DNA of 64,000 nt from Podarcis gaigeae (lineage: Eukaryota). Of the stretch, positions 25,915 through 39,440 are shown piece by piece; positions within the stretch are counted from its first letter, which is position 1, and each line of letters opens with the position of its first letter. Under the pieces are notes generated by a model. It had not been told where the DNA came from. It saw only the letters and a program-made list of their open reading frames with translations, and searched no databases. A program made the position numbers and the translations under genes. Location of the stretch: assembly GCA_964106915.2 (NCBI GenBank), contig OZ066916.1; one strand, written 5' to 3'.

Positions 25915-26080
25915 AAGATGCTCTCAGGTGGGACGTGAGCTCCCTCTAGTGCTTACAGACAGGATTGCAGCTAAATTAAAGTTGTGCTTTCAAGCAGCCA
26001 ACCCCCACCAGTTTAAACGCCTCCCTTCATGCAGAGAAGTCTCCTTCTCCCTTGGCTCAGGCTCCCTTTTTTGACTGTTC
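25915..26080 (+). repeat. Second copy of the interspersed repeat at 11801
   Basis: aagatgctctcaggtggg..tgagctccctctag..ctt..aggattgc.gct.aatt shared with 11801-11975. Confidence 0.8.
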
Positions 26081-27686
26081 CTGTCAACTGGTCTTGGTTG
26101 TTTGTGGTTGTTCCTTGTGTTATTAAAGGGAGAGAATAAATGTAGCATCTTCCATGTGTGTGTGGAATTGTTTGTGTGTCTGCCTCAGGGTTGTTTTTTG
26201 TGGTAGTTTAATGTTTGTGACCTGGTGGGCAGTGAGTTGATTGGTTGTGAGTTTGCTGTTTTGTTCAGTCGGCTAGCCTTGTTTTTCCTCTGTTGTCAGC
26301 TCCACCACTTCCCACTCTGTTTCATACTGTACTTTGCCCCCCTCCACCCCCAATGTCCCACACAACTTCATCTATTTAAAATAAATTCTTTTTCACTGAC
26401 TATTATTTGCACTGATTTTGAGCTTTTCACCCCTTTTGGCTTATTGGAGTGTATTTCCCTCAGCCAGGTTCCTTGGCAGTTTGTTGTTGTGCGCATAGTT
26501 CTTTAGGCTGAACATGTTTGCCTTTGTTGAGGCACTCTTTTGACAGTGTGTGTTCCAGCCTACGCTTCCAGGGTTACCCACCCTATCTATTGTCACCTTG
26601 GGCATGTCCCACCTGAAAGGAAAAAGAACTGTTGGACTGTAAAATATATTTTTCATTACTCTGGGCTACCTAGTTTTTTTCTTGATTTGGTCTAACTGAC
26701 TCTACTTCTACACTGCTTCATACATCTAGAGAAGCCCTGAGCAGTGTATGTTCTTGTTGGTGTTACTTGTTGCTATTTTTATTCTTGTGTTGATTGTGGG
26801 TGGTGGCAGCTTGGACAGTTGTGTAAAACCCTGTAAGAGCTTGAAGGAGCTTAGATCCCAGCTGAGAGCATATTTTCACTCAAGCACACTTTTTATATAG
26901 GTAAGCCCAGTGGCTCTTTTTAGTGTGATATGGGGGCTTTTGAGGTGCCTAGAACCTTCTCAAGTAACCCCCTAATTTTTCCACTGTTCTATCTGTTCAT
27001 GTATTCCCCCCCCCCCCAGCAACTACTTCTTCCTAACAAACTGGTTCTCAGCCAGCCACAGATCATATTGTGAATATGGGGATGTCACAATACCAAACAG
27101 CCAATCATATTTGTTGTTGTAGCTACATCACATATGTTTCTCAGAATTGGCAACAGCAATGCTTCCTGGGTTTCATTGCTGTCAATGGCTCTGGATGGCA
27201 GGCTTATTGTTTACTGGAGAAGAAATCATCCACCAAATAAGATGAATGAGACTTTGCAGGACTCATCCCCAAAGTCATCAGCAGTGGAGGCCCCTCTTCG
27301 CTTGCATACTCCGTGGGTCTCTGGAGTGGGGAGCGCCTTCTATTTGCCACTCTCTTCGATGTTGTTCTGCAGGCAGATGAAGACACTCTTGTCCTATTGT
27401 ATTTTTTCAGAGTTGATTCCTGCTGAAGTCCTTAGATATTTTATGGCCGTTTAGTCATTTTTTAATTGCTCAGTGGTATTGTACACTACGTTGGGACTAC
27501 TGTTTAGGAAACAGTTACAAAGATTTGGTGAAAAGTGGTGTATATATATATGTTTATGGCATTAATCTGTTTCCCTCCCATGTTGCATTAAGCATCAAAA
27601 TATTAAATCAGCAGTGAATCAATGTTTGCTTTTATTAAATTATTAATTAGGCTTCATCTTTGGTTGCATTGTTGTCTCTGTCTTAG

Positions 27687-27759
27687 ATTTCCAAGAGCCA
27701 TATGCTGTGGTCGTTCTTCTAGAAAAAGATTTAGTACTTATTGATCTTGCACAAAATGG
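27687..27759 (+). CDS. STXBP5: STXBP5 exon ~11 (73 nt)
   Basis: tcttag|AT...GG|gtaaga; DFQEPYAVVVLLEKDLVLIDLAQNG. Confidence 0.96.
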
Positions 27760-28795
27760 GTAAGAATTCAGAATATAATGAGGTTATATAAAGGTGTGTT
27801 TCTCGTAGCTGTCATGGATGGAGTTTACCAATCAAGGTTGTTCCATTTAACAAAACACTAAGTTTTCTATTGTGATTTGCTTGTAAATAGCCCCTGAGTG
27901 TGTGTGTATTCCTAATGGTGAATGAAGAAATGAAGATAACTCACAGTGAATTCTTCTTTAGAGTAATTCAGTGTCCACATTTGTCTATCATGCTAAACTA
28001 TAACATGGTCTCCTCCTCCTGTGTGACCAGGACAATTCCAGCAGCTTTTGCTTCACCACAGTTTGATAAACACACTTCTGGGTCCAGATGTTATAGCAAG
28101 CTGCACTTAAAGGCAGAAGCTTCCAAACACATAATCCTGGCCATGCAGGAAGAGGATTGGGAAGTACCCAAGACCGAGGCTCACTGTAGTTTGTACCTCT
28201 TCATTTTTGTAATTCTATAAACCAGCGTTCAGCAAGATGTGTAAACTTGGCCAGTATGGCACACTGTGTGATGATTCAAACACTTAATATACCTGATAGG
28301 AGGAACATAGCTATGGCTATGCAGTGTGTTATAGCTGCTAATTTTCATCTTAAAGATAATTTTTAGTTATACATAAAATTAGGTTAGATCTTTTAATGAC
28401 AGCAGGAGTTCATATTAGGGTTGGGATATTACAAGATAATTTCTGAAAATTCTTGATTTTTGAGATTAGCAGTTCACCAGCATTCTGTTGAAGTGATAAT
28501 TTTCTGTAGAGTATATTTCACAAGCAGTTTACAATTAAATCTTTACTAATGTGTTTCGAGTATACTAGTATTCCAAAGTGATTTATATTTATTCACATAG
28601 ATTATAAATATTTGAGCTCCTTTCCCCCTTTGCTGCTTTACTTTGTACTCACTTGTATTCATTTACTATTTTTTTCTTTTTTTGCATTGACATTTTTATC
28701 ATTGTTTAATACCACCTTGGGAGAAAGTGTTGCATACTACAAATTTTATTTATCAGCTAACTAACTGCTTTCATGTTTTCATCCCTTCATTAAAG

Positions 28796-28943
28796 GTATC
28801 CTATATTTGAGAATCCCTATCCCTTGAGTATACATGAATCTCCAGTTACCTGTTGTGAATATTTTGCCGATTGTCCTGTGGACCTTATTCCAGCACTTTA
28901 TTCAGTTGGGGCTCGCCAGAAACGTCAAGGTTATAGTAAAAAG
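28796..28943 (+). CDS. STXBP5: STXBP5 exon ~12 (148 nt)
   Basis: taaag|G...AAG|gtacca; YPIFENPYPLSIHESPVTCCEYFADCPVDLIPALYSVGARQKRQGYSKK; tandem CTAAC branch-point-like motifs upstream. Confidence 0.96.
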
Positions 28944-29026
28944 GTACCAAAGGGAGTTAATATCTTTATTACTAAGCAACAGTATTCCATGTGTTTGGAT
29001 TTAATCACCTTGTTTGTTTTAAATAG

Positions 29027-29094
29027 GAATGGCCTATCAATGGTGGAAACTGGGGTTTGGTCACACAGAGTTATCCAGAGATCATTATTACTGG
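29027..29094 (+). CDS. STXBP5: STXBP5 exon ~13 (68 nt)
   Basis: aaatag|GAA...GG|gtaagt; EWPINGGNWGLVTQSYPEIIITG; follows an 83-nt intron. Confidence 0.96.
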
Positions 29095-31116
29095 GTAAGT
29101 AATAAGACTACATTAGTTTGGACAAGGCTGCCAAGGTAAATGTGGGGATATGCATAATTTATGCGTCATTATTCATAAACTGATATATTGTAACCTACAC
29201 ATATTTTAGGGTAATTTAGATAATAATTGTCTGTCATCTTTAAAGTAACATTATGAACTAATTTGAGGTGGATAAAAGGCATTGCTTGCCCCTTTTTGGG
29301 GGGAGGAGAGAAATGTATTGGGAGAAAAGAAAAGAAAAGGACTTACAGCCCAAAAAACCACCCGCTGTGTGACATTTCACTGGCATTTACCATCAACTTT
29401 TATTAGAAATATAAATGTAGAGTTAGGGCTAGTGTTGAAAATTATAACAGCGGAAAAGATTACTGTATGATCCTTGATCTGAGGCTAAAATTGCATTGTG
29501 GAGGACAGGTAATTATGGTGCAGAGGGATATTTTTCTGATTTCTATCATCCTAATGTATAACTGAAGAGTTAAAATGAGCAAGCTAGTAAAGGTTTCCCT
29601 GCTTACTTGAGAGCAACAGTGGGGATACTTCTCCAGTGGCTCTCAGCCTCCACCTTTCTTTGCAATAGCATACACATTTGTAGCCATGTGTGTATCAGGC
29701 ATTTAAAACACTTAAGTAAGGTCAGCTGGTGGTCTGAGTTATTTTAAATGTTGTATAATTTATCTAATGAAGTTTTCTTGGACGTATGAGGTGCTAGCCA
29801 ATTTGAGCAGAGAAAATCTGAAAAATCAGCATGTATATCTGTGAATTAAAAAATATCAGTTGCTTGCTGTTATTTATTGCATGTGAAACATTTCAGACAC
29901 TCAGTGAGTTCTGTGGGTGGTTACTGTGAATAATATGTTGGCAATAATGCTGGCTTTTAAGTAGTGTTGGTGTTGATACTACTACTACTTTTTGTTTTTC
30001 TTTTCAACATATCAGAAAAACAAAGATTATTTGTTACTTGTTTGATAGATTATGGGAATGGTTTTCAACATATACTGTACTCTCTCTGTCTAGATCCATA
30101 GTCCTCAGACAAAGAATATATATATATTTTTAAAAAATAATTATATAAAATATGGGTAGCCAATGTTGTTGAGTGACAACTTGCATGTTAGCTGGGGCTG
30201 ATGGGAGTTGTAGTTCAACAACATCTGGAAGGTAACACTTGGGCTATCATGTTCTAAAGCAACATCTAAGACACAAGTGAATTTCAGAATTTTTAAACCA
30301 TGCACATCAATATTAAAAGATGAACGGAACTAAACTGTTTTAAAATTAGAAAAGCACTCATAAAACCAAATCCTATCATACTTCTCTTAGTGAGGTAGTA
30401 AGGAGAATTAGCATTTGCCCTCATGAGATGACACCAGCTGTTGGTGTTGCAATGCATGTGGGATGGATTTGCAGCACAGACCTATTCACATTTATGGAAA
30501 AGTAGGTCCTGCTGAGTTCATTGAAGCTACTCACTAGTAAATGTTCTTAAGATTACAGCCTTAGTTGCACTGGAAATCATTTGGTTCTATAGAGCAAAAT
30601 AAAAAAAACCCTACAATCTGATGCCCCCTCTCACTCTGTTAAGAGAGGGCAAAATCCATTATTCATCCCAGATTATAAAGTCACCATGACAAGAGGTTGA
30701 GTTTAGCACCAGTCTTGGTGGTGTCTTCAAGTACAACTCTTTACCTCTTCCATATAAGTGAATGTCTGTTATTTACTTCTATTGGGAAATGTAAAACTCT
30801 ACATTTAGCAACATGATTATAGAGTATCATGCCCATTATGCTTGATACTGTATGACCTAGGCAGCACCAATGAGATCTTCTTGGAAGTATTAAATGTCTC
30901 CTCATTCAGAGTACACATAGATGCATTGTATCTTCCTAGGACTTCCTTCAGCAAGCCTTCCCTCAACATGCAGCTCACCTATGATAGGCTAATACTAAGA
31001 AGAAAATAGGAGCATATGGGTTTGTTACATCAATTTAACATCACTAACTAAATCTCATCGGCCTTGCTATTCCTTTTCTAAAGAGATTTTGCTTTAAAAA
31101 ATTCTTGTTTTGATAG

Positions 31117-31157
31117 GCATGCAGATGGATCGATCAAGTTTTGGGATGCCTCTGCAA
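31117..31157 (+). CDS. STXBP5: STXBP5 exon ~14 (41 nt)
   Basis: tgatag|G...A|gtgagt; HADGSIKFWDASA. Confidence 0.95.
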
Positions 31158-32156
31158 GTGAGTGTTTTGCTAAGTTATGGAAGAATTGTTTAAAAAGTGC
31201 TGCTGCGAAACTGTTGCCTTATAGATGACATCTTTTGGGGTTTACTTGCCTTGTTTGCTCAAATCTGCTGTACTTAATTCCCATTGGAATGAATGGTCCT
31301 AAATTAGTTGTGACCAGGAACAGCCAGCATCTGCAGAACTGGCTCTCCCATAAGAGGTGGCACTTCTTCTTACCAGATTGCTGTAGGGGATGAGGCAGGG
31401 TGGCTGTGAGGTTCAGGCTGTAAAGGCACACCAGCAGGAGAACCGTATGGGCTCTGCTAGTGTGCCCTTAACACCACAATTCCTCTGCCCTGCCTCTGTG
31501 ACAAATTGTCTGCTCAGCTTAAATAGGACTTGAGTGTAATTAACCTCTGAGCCAAAAGTTTGATATGAAAGACAGGAAGTGAGGAAGGTGATGGAGGAGA
31601 TGAGGTTTCAAATCATACATGATAGTTAATTGATATCTCATAAGCAACCCGTATCACCTCCTTGAAACACAAATTGAAATCCTGGAGCATAGAAGGTGCT
31701 GTAACACTATTTTTGATTATATATTTTGTCTTAATGCCATTTCATAATTGAGGGCACAATCCTTCTCTGCATAAGGGAAGGCCGCCAAGCCTTTCTGCTT
31801 CTGTGCCCTTTGGATTCTGGCCATAATACACAATGCCCAGGATCCAAAGGACTGCATGCAATGATTTGCATATAAATTATCAGGCCCCTCCTCACCCTTG
31901 TCTTCCCACTGAAGTTCCTCAACATCCTGAAAAGTGTTACATTTTGGAACCACATGTGTGCGGAATACAAATTGATATCTATCTCACTGGCAAACATGCA
32001 CACATCACCAGCAGAGGAACTTTCAATCAGCGTGAATGGAAATGTGAGCACTGTATTACCATTTTTTCAGAATGGCCTTATTTGAACAATATTTTTGTTT
32101 ATAAAATTACGTTGGTTTGTACATTTAACTATCTTTATTTTTTATTTTATTCCTAG

Positions 32157-32377
32157 TAACATTGCAAGTGCTGTACAAACTAAAAACAGCTAAAGTCTTC
32201 GAAAAATCAAAAAATAAGGACGACAGACCTAGCACAGACATAGTAGATGAAGACCCATATGCCATTCAGATCATCTCGTGGTGTGCAGAAAGCAGGATGC
32301 TGTGCATTGCAGGAGTTTCTGCACATGTCATTGTTTACAGATTCAGCAAACAAGAAATTACAACAGATGTGATTCCG
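32157..32377 (+). CDS. STXBP5: STXBP5 exon ~15 (221 nt)
   Basis: tcctag|TA...CCG|gtaatt; ITLQVLYKLKTAKVFEKSKNKDDRPSTDIVDEDPYAIQIISWCAESRMLCIAGVSAHVIVYRFSKQEITTDVIP. Confidence 0.96.
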
Positions 32378-32976
32378 GTAATTGACAGTTATCTATATTG
32401 GACATGCATTTATATATTTGTTAATCCCTATATTTAGCCAATATAAAAACTAGTATAAACTAGCTTGAACATTTTTTTGACTAGTTTGTTCCATGCTCAG
32501 TGGTTATGTCACTTTCTTGGGAATAGGACATTCTTGGGAATAGGATGTGCTGAAAACATTAGGCTTACTCATTACAAATACAATTAAAATTTAGCTGAAA
32601 TCCATTTTATCTTGAAAATGATAAATTGAAATTAGATTGAACAATTTAATCTTGCATTAGATGCTTGCTTAAAGGTAAAATCTCATAGTAGCTCCTTGGT
32701 CACATGTACTTTATACCTGGCCTTACGAAGAGAGTGCAGCTAATATTTTTATACAGGTTTGTTCAGTTTTTTCACCCATTAAATCATAGACAGTGGTTGG
32801 AGGGTTTCATAAGATGTTCATAATCAAATCAAAAAATTGATGGATGAGGCAGACTGTTGACCCATATCAGTAAATATTTGGGAGGGTTTGAGAACACCGT
32901 AATGCTTTGGTTGTCTTCATCTAGATTTGAATAGGGAGGGTATAACTTGTTCATTATCTGTATTGCCAATATAGTA

Positions 32977-33112
32977 CAGGCATAGGCAAACTCGGCCCTC
33001 CAGATGTTTTGAGACTGCAATTCCCATCATCCCTGACCACTGGTCCTGTTAGCTAGGGATGATGGGAGTTGTAGTCCCAAAACATCTGGAGGGCCGAGTT
33101 TGCCTATGCCTG
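32977..33112. mobile_element. Young hAT MITE (136 bp, palindromic)
   Basis: 35-bp perfect TIR CAGGCATAGGCAAACTCGGCCCTCCAGATGTTTTG; perfect 8-bp TSD atatagta on both sides. Confidence 0.95.
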
Positions 33113-33832
33113 ATATAGTATCATGGTATTTGATCAAATTTTCTGGATCACCTGAGATGGATGTCCACAGTGCTCTTCAGCTATGGAGGGAGAATGTTCA
33201 GCAGTTCTTCTCAATATACACAGTGTCGCCCAGCTTTATTTGTTTCCATCAAACCAAGAAACAATTGTTTGTGCATTTAATTAATGCCTGAACATATGTA
33301 GTTATGGACTGGATGAGCACTAACAAATTGAAGCTTATTCCTGATAGGAATGATGACAGGACCATGATGACAGGACAATCTAGGTCTATAAAGATGCTGC
33401 TATTTCCTCTCCTAGATGTGGTTACATTGCCTTTAAATGAGAAGGTGCACCACGCAGAAGTATTTCTTGATCCTGTGTTACTGCTCAGTTCTGAGGAGGT
33501 GGTCACAGCCCACAGAATCAGCTGCAAGTGTTTCTCTAAAACAGGAATGGCAAATCCGTGCCGTTCTAAATGTTATTTACCTGCAGCTCCCAGCATCTCT
33601 CAGGATAGTGGCAAACAAATCTCATAGTACTCTTGGTACCTTATTGTCTGGTATTTGATTGATACATTGCAGCTTGATACTGTGGTTGAGGCCATCCACT
33701 TGTCTTTAATAAGAAGTTTTGTATTTAACTTTATGGAAGTTGTTGAGACCAAAGTAGTGAATTGGCAACTGCAAAATTTGCAGTGCAAAGAACTCTCGGA
33801 CTGTGTCATGTCTTCTCCATTGTCATTTGCAG

Positions 33833-34011
33833 ATGCTTGAAGTACGGCTATTGTATGAAATAAATTATATAGAGTCTCCAGATTCTGAGCAAGTGCCACC
33901 ACTGCCTACTCCAGGCACAGGTTCCAACCCTCAGTCCATTGCTCCCCAGTCTCATCCATCCACTAGCAGCAGCTCATCTGATGGGCTTCGGGATAACGTC
34001 CCATGTTTAAA
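33833..34011 (+). CDS. STXBP5: STXBP5 exon ~16 (179 nt)
   Basis: ttgcag|ATG...AA|gtaagt; MLEVRLLYEINYIESPDSEQVPPLPTPGTGSNPQSIAPQSHPSTSSSSSDGLRDNVPCLK. Confidence 0.96.
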
Positions 34012-35213
34012 GTAAGTGTAAGGCTAATATTTCTAAATACTGCATCTAACCTTTATAGACTGCTTAATCTTACTGTAGAAAAAACCTTTGACTTTTGACA
34101 TGTGCTGCTTTGGGATATGGTTACTCATACCTCCTCCTAGTGTATGCTTTACAAAGGTGCGCTAATAGAAGACACATGTATTGAGCTTGTATCAATGTAC
34201 AAAGTAATTATATATTGCTTACAGGAGCCTATGAAACTACCTATGTGTTTCAATAGCTGTATTTGCCAAAGTTTGATATATAGCAACTGCAGCTTTTCTT
34301 AAAAAACAGCATGCCCATTCTCAGTCCTCCAGAGAGAACCGGATGCCAAATGCCCCCAACTACACATCTAACTTAGAATCTCCTGCCTTATCTCACTTTC
34401 CTGTACTGTTTCCTATTCCTTCATATTTGAGATAGAGAATAAGTTATGAGCCTGCAGATTCCTGGTTCAAATTTCAGTTGAGCCATGGACTCAAGAGATT
34501 AATTTAGGTAAGTTACCAACTCTCAAGTCTAGCTCACCAGTCATGACAAGCCACCAAATTCTACTTTATTGAGACTTGGCAGAGAGCGGAACTAATTGCA
34601 CTGTGAAATGCTCTTTCCTCTGCCATATGTGAAGCATCATCTATCAGTTGCTTTAGACACTTTGTAAAGACATACCATTTTGTCCTGGCTGTCCCTGACT
34701 CATAAGATTGGTCTCTGTTATTACTGAATTTCTGTTTCCATAAATGCTTTATAAATGCTTTAAATTAAAGAAAAATAAATAAATGTATAATAAGTATTGT
34801 GAGTCCTTATGATATAATGCTTAATTTTGCAATCACTTCAGCAAATTATAGTTTGCCATTTCATCTTAACTAAGCACGCTCTGCTGTGTGCAAACCATCA
34901 TTTACATGCCAGGATCGGAAAATATGTTAAAATGTGACTGATTAAGCAATTTATGTACACCGGGACCAGGGTGGTGGGGGTGGGAAAATGTGCTCTCCAG
35001 TGCTTGCATGTGATCCTTCTCAACATCAGAACATGGCCACTTACATTAAAAAGTCTCCCCCACATCATATGAATCTGTTCCAGAGTAAGCATTTGAAGCT
35101 GTACTAACTTGCAGTAAAAAATACAATCAGTCATGAAATATTCCCACTCTAGTAAAATTTATTGGCAGACTTCCACAAGGATAAATGTTGTCTACCTTTC
35201 CTGTATATTGCAG

Positions 35214-35339
35214 AGTTAAAAACTCTTCCCTCAAGCAGTCTCCAGGCTACCAGGTTGAGCTGGTTATCCAGTTAGTATGGGTGAGTGGAGAACCACCTCA
35301 GCAAATAACAAGCCTTGCAATCAACTCTGCCTATGGCTT
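35214..35339 (+). CDS. STXBP5: STXBP5 exon ~17 (126 nt)
   Basis: ttgcag|A...TT|gtaagt; VKNSSLKQSPGYQVELVIQLVWVSGEPPQQITSLAINSAYGL. Confidence 0.95.
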
Positions 35340-36695
35340 GTAAGTATATTTGGTGCTGTGCTTTCTCTTCCTTAAATCCCATTGTCCTGTTGCAGAAGGA
35401 ATATGACGTTACTGCTAAACTACTGGATTCATGTTGTTTTGATATGCTACTTGTTTCCATGTTTTCAGTAAAAAGGTACTTAAAGGGCCTTCTCATTTAT
35501 TGTGGTATTCAGCCGCAAACACATTTCAGTCTTTGTCCAAGGTTCCCTTTCATTACAATAATGTTGTACCATCTTCGTATATTACATGGGGAAGATAGCT
35601 TCTGCTGTTAGATGTGTACACAGCACTTTCAGAAAAGTTGACAAATGGTTCTCAGCGTAGAACACAATCTTCTGTGCCATCTCTGATTTCTTGAATGTCT
35701 TGTATATTTTTAGACTACCAGCCGTTTTGTGAAGAGGCTTTTTTTTGTTTAGTTTTTTGGTTGTATTTAGGCTAGGTGGACATTCAGATAGAATATGGGA
35801 GAATGCAATAATGTGCTGCTGTAACAAGTAAATTAGTCAATTGTTGGACATTAAAACAAGATGGTGAGAATGAAGTAATTGAACGTTGGATGTACAGTGG
35901 GGTATTCATTTGGGTAATTGTATAGCAGAAGGTTAGATGATGTGGCTAAGACAATCAGACCAGCATACGAAACCTCTGGGTGAGGCATGGAGGTGTAAGA
36001 CGTTTTGTAAAAAGTAGAAGTACAGAGTCATCAGTGGTGATGAGGCAAATCTCAAGTGTAGCAGCCAGGAATGGGGAAGATTATATTTTGGTATTCTTCT
36101 GCAGCCAGATGGTGGATTGTCTCAGCTCCTATTATATAGATGTGAAAATGCTTTTTTGGTTAATCACAACAGTTCAGAATCAAAAGTCTCCTGTTGGTGT
36201 TTCCAGCTCATTCTGTTGTTTTTATCTTGCTTATTGTTTAGAGTTGCATCTTATTATGTATTGTTCTTACTGCCTATTTACTTAAACCTGTTTTATAAGA
36301 AATAAATATCAATGTAAAACCATGCCAAAAACAAATGCATGTCAAGGACAAATTAACAAGGCAGCTATTAGCTTCTTCCCGCACTGCAACAAAACAGTTA
36401 CCCCCGAGTAAGCAGTGGACAGTAATCGTTCTATGTCAGGTGGAGGTTTGCTATTTAGTAAGGCAATAGTCTATTGGTTTTATTCTCAGCATCTACTACT
36501 AAAATAAATTGTTCTTTGAATTCATGCAAATTTTCATTTCTAAATGTTATATAAGAATAGATTTTAGATTTTGAAAAAGAATCAGTTCAACTAATTCCTA
36601 AAAATGGAAAGTAAAATGTTGTACTTAACATAAGCATATATTTGGATATCAATCATTCTTTGCCATCATATTCTTTCTAATAAATTTTCTTTCAG

Positions 36696-36847
36696 AGTAG
36701 TTTTTGGCAATTGTAATGGTATCGCAATGGTTGATTACATCCAAAAGACCACACTTTTAAACCTTGGCACCGTTGAATTGTATGGTTCTAATGATCCTTA
36801 TAGGAGGGAACCCCGATCTCCACGTAAAAGCAGACAACCATCTGGAG
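36696..36847 (+). CDS. STXBP5: STXBP5 exon ~18 (152 nt)
   Basis: tttcag|A...G|gtaagg; VVFGNCNGIAMVDYIQKTTLLNLGTVELYGSNDPYRREPRSPRKSRQPSG. Confidence 0.96.
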
Positions 36848-37098
36848 GTAAGGTCATACACTTGATACTTGCTGATAAATTTTTGTATTGGTCTTCTACT
36901 TACCGGACCGCAAGCTGATTAGGAGTGCATGCGGCTAGCTTTTTCTTTGAAAGTAACTTGCACAAACCAAAAGGTTTATATGTTGACAATATTCTGTAGG
37001 GGCTTCTTTTTAGAAAACATCATCTGATTATGGTAGGCAAACAATCTTCATTTTAAGAGTATTCCAGACTGCCAAATTTAGCATATATAACAAGCATA

Positions 37099-37620
37099 CT
37101 TCTTCTTCTTCGTCTTCTTCTTCATCATCTTCTTCTTTATATGTTCTGTAAGCTGTGGGCAGCTTACAGAACATATAAAATCATAATAAAATGTCAAACA
37201 TTAAACATTTCCCAATACAGGGCTGCCTTCAGATGTCTTCTAAAAGTTGTGTAGTTGTTTATTTCCTTGACATGGGGGGGGGCACATTCCACAGGGAGGG
37301 TGCCACTGCCTAGAAGGCCCTCTGCCTGGTTCCCTGTAACTTTAATTCACACAGTGAAGGAACTGCCAGAAGACCCTCTGAGGAGGACCTCTGTGACTGG
37401 GCTGAGTGATGGGGATGGAGATGCTCTTTCAGGTATACTGGGCTGAGGCTGCTTAAGGCTCTAAAGGCCAGCGCCAGTACTTTGAACTGTGCTTGGAAAT
37501 GTACTGGGAGCCAGTGAAGATCCTTTAGGACCAGTGTTACATGGTTCCAGAGGCCACTCCCAGTCGCCAGTCTAGCTGCCACATTCTGTATTAGTTGTAC
37601 TTTCTGAGTCACCTTCAAAG
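37099..37620 (-). mobile_element. L2 LINE 3' fragment with (TTC)n tail
   Basis: ORF 37310-37618(-) QLIQNVAARL..LKDLHWLPVHFQAQFKVL..RQRAF is an L2 ORF2 C-terminus. Confidence 0.9.
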
Positions 37621-37984
37621 ATATAATATTCTACTTCATTACTTTTTTATACAAAAAGTGTTATTCTTTACCAAGGTTTATGTGTTCACATCAACCATCT
37701 TCCATTGTCTTGCCTTTCCCTGTTTGAGATTTACTTTTCGTCTTCCTTTCTGCTATCACACCCTGTTATCATAAATGCCCTGTTAATTTATTCTGAACTA
37801 ACTGCTTCACAGAACCACTCAGCACTTAACCCCTTCATTTTTGGACACAATTATTTCAGCATGCTGTATTTGATCTGTTAAGGTGTGTATTGGCACATGG
37901 AAGCAATCACATAAATTCAGCAAACCACAAGCCTAAAATTCTCAGAGGAGGAAGTGCATATGAACAGAAAATTTTAGAGTTGCT

Positions 37985-39440
37985 TCATACCCCTGAAGAT
38001 GTGGACAAGCTGCTTGAAGAAGTGCAGCCAACCAGCTGCCCTTTGATGCTTGCCCACCTCGACTTCTGAGAGCTAGCCGTAGATGGTTAGCTGGGTTTGC
38101 AATGAGTGATTAATGCTTCACTTGAGGAGAGGGACTGACCACCTGCCTGGAAGGACATGGTGGTGTGGCTCCTCCTTAGGAAGACATTTTTTGTCCCAGA
38201 AATGTTAAATCACTATTGCCCAGTACAAAATAACTAATTTTTGGACAACGCTTGAGAGGGTTGTGGCAGTACAGCTTTAGACATGCTTGGAAAAAACTCT
38301 TTGCTTAGATCCATTTCAGTCTTGCTTCAGGCCCAGTTATGGTACTGAAGCCACCTTGGACATCCTGGTTGATGACATTTGTCAGGAGAGAGGTGAGAAG
38401 AGTGCAAGCCAGCTCATTCTCCTTGACCTCCCACTGTCCTTCTGGATCATCTCAGGGAGGTAGGGGTTGGGGGCACTGTACTTCAGTAGTTCCAATCCTT
38501 CATCCAGGGCTGTTTCCAGAAAGTAGTTATGGGAGGCTACTGTTATGTGCCATGAGAGTTGTCCTGTGGTGTCCTGCAGTATTCTATTTTGTCCCTGGAA
38601 CATCTATATGAAGCCACTGGGAACTGCCATCAGGAAATTTGGTGTCACCAATATGCAGATGATACCCAGTTCTGTTTCTCTGTTGCGTATGAATTGGGCG
38701 AGGTAGTCAAGATGTTAGACTGATGCTTGGAGGTGGTGATGGGCTGTGTGTGAGCCAATAAACTGAATCAGAATCCTGAAAAGAAAGCAGTATTATGTGT
38801 CCCAGGTTCTTGATTCTGGGGTGTGGGGACCTGTCATGGTTTGGGTTGTACTTCCCTGGAAGTAGCATGTCCATAGCTTGGGGGTGCTACTGAATTCAGC
38901 CTTGTCATTGGAGGCTCAGTTGGCCTTGGTAACTAGGCATGCCTTTTTCCAGCTCTGGATGCTTCACCAGTTACAGTCTAATTTGCACAGAGACAACTTG
39001 GTCACAGTACTCCATGCTCTGGTAACCTCCAGCAGCCAGACTACTGACTGGGGCTCCCTTTAGAACTCACATAAGCCCTGTTCTAAAAGAGCTGCACTGG
39101 TTGCTGGTTTGTTTCTGGGCTTAGTTCATGGTGCTCACTTAGTCCCCAAATATCTGAAAGACCACCTCCTTCCCTACAGACCTTCTTGGGTGTTAAAATC
39201 AGCGAGGTTGGTAGTTCCACTGTCCTTAGAGGTCTTGGGATGTGACCTGAGATGAGAGCATTCTCTGTGTGGAATACCCTCCCCACAGAAATATATCTCT
39301 GTCACCTTCATTATACAGCTTTTTGTCATATGCTTAAAGACACCTGTTGTGAGCATAGTTTGTTTTAATCTTTTTTGAATGCTTTATTTTCTATTACCCT
39401 GGGACCTTTTAGTGTAACCAGCCCTGGGACCTTATAGTAT
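37985..39440 (+). mobile_element. L2 LINE, degraded RT region
   Basis: tatgcagatgatacccag (YADDTQ) at ~38652; LGVLLNSALSLEAQ, LVTVLHALVTS; many indels. Confidence 0.8.
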
